From assembly GCA_001949185.1 (NCBI GenBank), contig BDGG01000006.1, positions 168,827 through 232,826 of the forward strand: a DNA stretch of 64,000 nt. Reading direction: 5' to 3'. The stretch comes from Ramazzottius varieornatus (Eukaryota; Animalia; Tardigrada). This document shows, piece by piece, positions 58,994 through 64,000 of the stretch (positions within the stretch are counted from its first letter, which is position 1; the number at the start of each line of letters is the position of its first letter). The position numbers were made by a program, and so were the translations under genes. The notes under the pieces are model-generated. The model worked only from the letters and a program-made list of their open reading frames with translations, did no database searches and was not told the origin of the DNA.

Positions 58994-60069
58994 TCTTCCT
59001 GATGAGCGGCCTCTGCAGATACATATCATGCTTTCTGTATGTACTTTTATGGCAATATGCCAATATAGTTACGTACTATATACAGCAATTATGCTAATTA
59101 TCGTACCTGTTATAGCTCAGATCCTCGTCGTCGTCAGAATAATCTTCGGACTCAGTCTGGCTCTCATCGTACGAAGACTCCTCGTATCTGGCTCTCCCCG
59201 GCCTTCCCGATCTTCGTGACGGAGGCTACAACAAACAGGAAGAGGGTAACTAATTACGTCGACGTAAAAGACTATCCAACTATGTCATCTCCAGACCAAC
59301 CATCTGTCCTCTTCTGTACATTATCCCAGAATCATAATCCATGCCATCATTATAACTCGACTTCTTCCCCATTTTTCTCTCTCAAAAGCTCACGATATGC
59401 CTTTCGAAAATGTCATATTATGGCATGTAATGTAAGTAGCATCAGACTGATGGCTGCTATCTCGTCCGATATGGCTATACACATGTGCCAACAATGGACT
59501 TCCTTGAAACTCGAAGCACGGTTTACTACTGGAGAATGAACTGCAGAGCACACCCAACCTTCGTGAAAAGTCACTGTATATGAACCAGGATTCAATAGCC
59601 TTACCTCGCGATTCTGTCGATCAATTTTCTTCCCGTGTATCCCACTTTGCTCCTCCCACAAACAAACACGGCCTCCGACTTCCGTTTCTCCAGCTACAGA
59701 TAGAACCCAGAGTCCTAAATCATGGTCTTTGCTACTGGTGTACAGGAGGAAACACAAGCACGAAGGACAAACAGACGGCAAAGACAAACGAAGGAACGGA
59801 ATGGATCGATGTTTGCATGCAACGAGATTACGGAAACAGTGAACACAGATCCATATTTAAAATCATGAGTCATAATTTTCCGCGCAGGGGATCGGCGGCT
59901 GGTTGCCCGGCTTTCGGGGTTGGAAGAAGGGGAAGTTCGAAACTGTGAGCTGGTATGTAGGTGCAGCCAGTGCCATGCACCCTTCATCAGACCACAACCC
60001 TCGTTGTGCTTCGGTGACCTCAGTGTACCATTGCTACTGTCATAGTTATTGCTCAATGGCTTGTGTTCA

Positions 60070-62283
60070 ATGGAGTATGACTTGTATGAGCTCCATTCCT
60101 TGGCCAACAAAGGAACGTCCGTTCCAACCAACAGGTTTCATTTGCTATTGAGTGTCGCAGATTGGTAGTACGCTACCCAGCTCCGCTGATTATTGCAGGC
60201 TAATCAAGATGCCCATCAAGAGGATTTGCTGTATCGGAGCAGGATATGTCGGTGGGCCAACCTGCGCCGTTATCGCCAAGAAATGCCCGGATATCGTGGT
60301 CACTGTGACGGACATTATGCCTGCAAAGATCGCCGAATGGAACTCGGACAGCTTGCCCATCTTCGAGCCAGGCTTGGAAGAGATTGTCTTTGAGATCCGC
60401 GGCAACAATTTGTTCTTTACCACCGATGGTCCGAAGGCTATTCGCGAAGCCGACTTGATCTTCATCAGCGTCAATACTCCCACCAAAGCCTACGGGGCCG
60501 AAAAGGTAAACAGTCTCTACCTTCTTTGACAACCAACACGGCGATAGAGTCGAAATCGATGCTGTGTTCTGCTTAGGGCAAGGCGCCGGATTTGAGCTGC
60601 GTGGAGAGTGCTGCCCGTCTAATTGGGAAGAACGCTTCCGGCGCGACGATTATCGTAGAGAAGAGCACTGTTCCTGTACGAGCAGCCGAAAGCATTGCTG
60701 CTATCCTCAGCGCAGAATGTAGAGAGGATGGAACATCATTCCAGGTATGCTCGATCTTGCCATTGCCTGATACAGTGCATATCTTGCGACTTTTGGTGAA
60801 GTAACGGAACTGGAAGTAGCACATGCTTGAGCAAAGAGCCTCCATACACTTCTTTTGCTTCAGGTCTTGTCGAACCCCGAGTTCCTGTCGGAAGGGACAG
60901 CTATCCAAGACCTACTCAGTCCCGATCGTGTTTTGATCGGCTGCGAAAGCAGCGAAGCGGGCAAGTTGGCGCGGAAGGAACTAGCGGACATTTACACGCG
61001 TTGGGTCCCCGAAGAGCGCATCGTCACCAGCAACATTTGGTCCTCCGAGTTGACCAAACTGGTACGTCAGCTGCTTGGCGCACTGATATCTTCACCTCTT
61101 AGCGTGTCCTGTGGGGGGTTTTACAGATCAACAACGCCATGTTGGCACAAAAGATTACGTGCATCAACGCCACTTCCGCTATCTGCGAAAAGACGGGGGC
61201 CGATGTGTCGGAAGTGGCCAAGGCCGTCGGCATGGATCAGCGCATTGGTCCGGCATTCCTCAACTGTAGCATCGGTATGCTTCAACACCCGCCTTCTCAT
61301 AGTCTCATACCGATGTAATTTTGGACTGTGGCCCGTTGTTTCAGGCTTCGGTGGGAGCTGCTTTCACAAAGACATTCTCAGTTTGGTCTACTTGTGCAAA
61401 CAGCTCAGCCTAGATGAGGTCGCTGACTACTGGCAAATGGTATGTGCTCTATATCTTTATGCTTGCCTGGCTTACTGCACCTAATTGGTTACTGTTACAG
61501 ATCGTTGATCTCAACGAACTGCAACGACGGCGCTTTTGCCAACGCATCGTTAAAAGCCTGTATGGCAACGTGGCTGGCAAGAAACTGGCCATCTTTGGCT
61601 TCGCCTTCAAGGAAAACACGGGTGATACCAGGTGCGTTCATCCTCTCCAAACGTAACTTAACCTGGCCGCTGGGCAGATAGCAGCGTGCTCAAAGATGTC
61701 TTCCTTCTTGCAGAGAATCTTCGGCCATCGTTGTGTGCAAACATTTGTTGAACGAGCAAGCTCAGCTGGCCATTTATGATCCCAAAGTGAGGGAAAGCCA
61801 AATCATCAGGTAAGATTAGTTCACGCTGGTCCTATTTTGAAGACTAGACATCCGTCCTCATCAACACTTATCCGTCCATGTTGTGTTGTCAGGGATTTGC
61901 AAAGTCCGGGCTGTGAATTCAATTCATCCAGTCTCAAAATTGAAACTTGTCCATACGAAGCTACTAAGGGAGCCAGTGCCATCGTTATCTGTACCGAATG
62001 GAAAGCATTCAAGGTTAAAGAAGAAGCTTCCTCATGCAATTTCTCCCTTATGCGCAACCGCGGTTTGTTTTTATAGAACCTAAACTATCAGAAGCTGTAC
62101 GATAGTATGGAAAGTGGGGCGCGTTGGATCTTTGACGGGCGTAATATCTTGGACCATCAGAAGCTGATGGAGACGGGCTTCCAAGTACACTGTGTCGGCA
62201 AAGCCCTCCATCTGCAGAATGGCCGACGGAGCAGCGGCCTGACCAATGGCCATGCTTTTCCATTCCACAATGGGGATCACTAA
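60070..62283 (+). CDS. UGDH: UDP-glucose 6-dehydrogenase (sugarless); conserved start at 60209, possible 25-aa N-terminal extension from 60070
   Basis: [55 protein letters not shown] (catalytic Cys), [19 protein letters not shown]. Confidence 0.96.
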
Positions 62284-63659
62284 CTAACATTCATTTCTCC
62301 TTGCTTCTGTTGTTGGTCAATAGCCACAGATTAGCCGATCTTCCTTATATGCTGGTGATACGGGCTCTTGCCTAATGGCTTTTCACGAGCTTTACGCCTT
62401 GTTTATACGTCAAGTTTTATACTCTTTTGTTGTTTTACTCAACTGAGCGTCCAACTTAGCTCGGTTCTAATTTCTCTCGTCTTATCTCGTTCGTTTTTTA
62501 AATTCTTTGCTTGTTATTTGGCGGGTTTACAGTTTGTTGACCGATTGCTACGATTGCTGTTCACAAGCATCAAAATTAAATCGAGTTCTTTTCTCCGTTT
62601 TGCCCGTCAAGGTTCCCTCACTTGGACAACTTCCGCTGTCGCTCCGTGTTCCGCGAAATACTTTGGAAAATCGAGCGATTGTACGTCCGGGATAAATCTG
62701 TCCGCCAGACAGAACCCATTGTCACAGCTTGGCAAGTACCTGCTGCACCTAAGAACCCACAACCAGTTATCAATATTTCGGTTCGCCGACTGTTCCGAAG
62801 CTGGGTCAGTAATTTGTTGTTAACGGTGGCTGGTCGCCTGGTGCTCCGAGGGAGGTCCATTTAGAGTTACGTCATCGCTTCAACAGTGCAAAAAGTTTAG
62901 TTTACATTAGGCAGTCAACTTATGGGAAGACTATCCATCGTCAAAGAAGGGATCTTCGCAGTACCGTGTAGCTGTTCCGTTGTGGAAGCTGTTACAGACT
63001 TGGGAAATTAACGGATACTCTAGTGCGAGGATTAAGCAGGACGCGTTTTGGCATCGGGTCAGGCGAAGTGACTGTCTGTTTTATCGCACACCGGCCATCA
63101 GCTGACAAAGTCCATCCCCAGCTGCAGATAAGGCCAAACTCTTCCGTACTACCTGGACGGACACCAGAAACAAACTGTAAGTACCCTTCCCAAAAGCCCG
63201 CCGATTGATTCTAATCACGTTTGTAGCTGTTAGAAACTTAGATTATACGAGCGTTCTCGTAGCTGTGGGGATCAAGGCTGGGATTTCCGCTGCGAAGACG
63301 GCGGCACCCGTGATCGAGGAGAGGAGCGATCTCGACCCAGTGCTGCCCGTTTTAAGGTAAAACTACCTCTTGTTCGTCTGTGGACAGATCTGGAATTGGA
63401 AACAGATTGGTCGCAATTGAAGAATGACGTTTGCTTGCCGTTTTAATGTATGGCGCTGCATTACGGATGAACCTGCGCATGGCGTTATACTCTTCCAATG
63501 TAGTTCTGCGTCACTTTGGCGAACCCATGATATGATTCCCGAAATAATCCCTCTGATCGATGACTGCGTGTGCCCAGTATAAATTCGTTCTGTTCTTCGT
63601 AGGTAACAGGCGGATATCCGGACAAGCCTTGTCGTTGATGATCGTTAACCGGCTTGGCC

Positions 63660-64000
63660 ATGTCATCCACCACCTCGACTGCGCTCCCAGGCGCCGTTCT
63701 ACGCAACCCTCTGGGCAGCCTCAGCTGGGAGACTGGACCAGCCGTGACAGGCTTCGTAGCCCACGGCACTGACGCTCTGGAGCTGACGGACTATGAAGCA
63801 CTACCACCCACTGTCAGTACGGGCACGCACATGATGGCCGGAGCTATGGCCGGAATCATGGAACATTGCGTTATGTATCCCATCGACTCTGTCAAGGTAT
63901 GCAAGTCTATTGGTTCTGGGTGCGCTTTTGTACAGTGTGTTGGCCGTTACAGACGCGGATGCAGAGTCTGAGGGTGAGGACAGCCTACCGTGGTCCGGTG
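63660..64000 (+). CDS. mfrn: Mitoferrin (SLC25A37/SLC25A28), 3'-partial
   Basis: DYEALP...[24 protein letters not shown]|TRMQSL is the mitoferrin N-terminal signature; it runs off the window end. Confidence 0.92.

Noticed and set aside
62880-63350. CAGTGC motifs upstream of mitoferrin as iron-responsive elements
   Set aside because: No 5-bp upper stem or C bulge around either motif

Overview
This is eukaryotic (animal, probably ecdysozoan) genomic DNA: gene-dense, roughly balanced GC, with many 50-200 nt GT-AG introns. That style fits a compact tardigrade-like genome, but this is inference only. Genes in order: SLX4 C-terminal part (+), a KIAA1549-like single-pass membrane protein (-), Pax1/9 (+), an F-box protein (-), CCDC85 (+), MADD (-), a small secreted Cys-rich peptide (-), UBE2N (+), PBRM1/polybromo (-), a possible orphan (-), CFAP119 (+), MBOAT7 (-), JNK (+), a cGMP-dependent kinase (+), a TspanC8 tetraspanin (-), UGDH (+) and mitoferrin (+, partial). 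Mobile DNA: an apparently intact 2.5-kb Tc4/Tc5-type DD37D transposon (149-bp TIRs, TAA target duplication, two-intron transposase) and a 461-bp hAT-type MITE (26-bp perfect TIRs, 8-bp TSD). The most notable observations are the intact Tc4/Tc5 element; two adjacent introns in the F-box motif sharing a near-identical 39-nt 5' end around a 35-nt microexon; a polybromo with five instead of six bromodomains; two GC-AG introns; and a five-gene block matching the vertebrate 4/5/8/10 paralogon. I found no clear wholly new multi-gene system. All gene models are manual, family calls rest on recalled motifs rather than database searches, and nothing is verified by transcripts.
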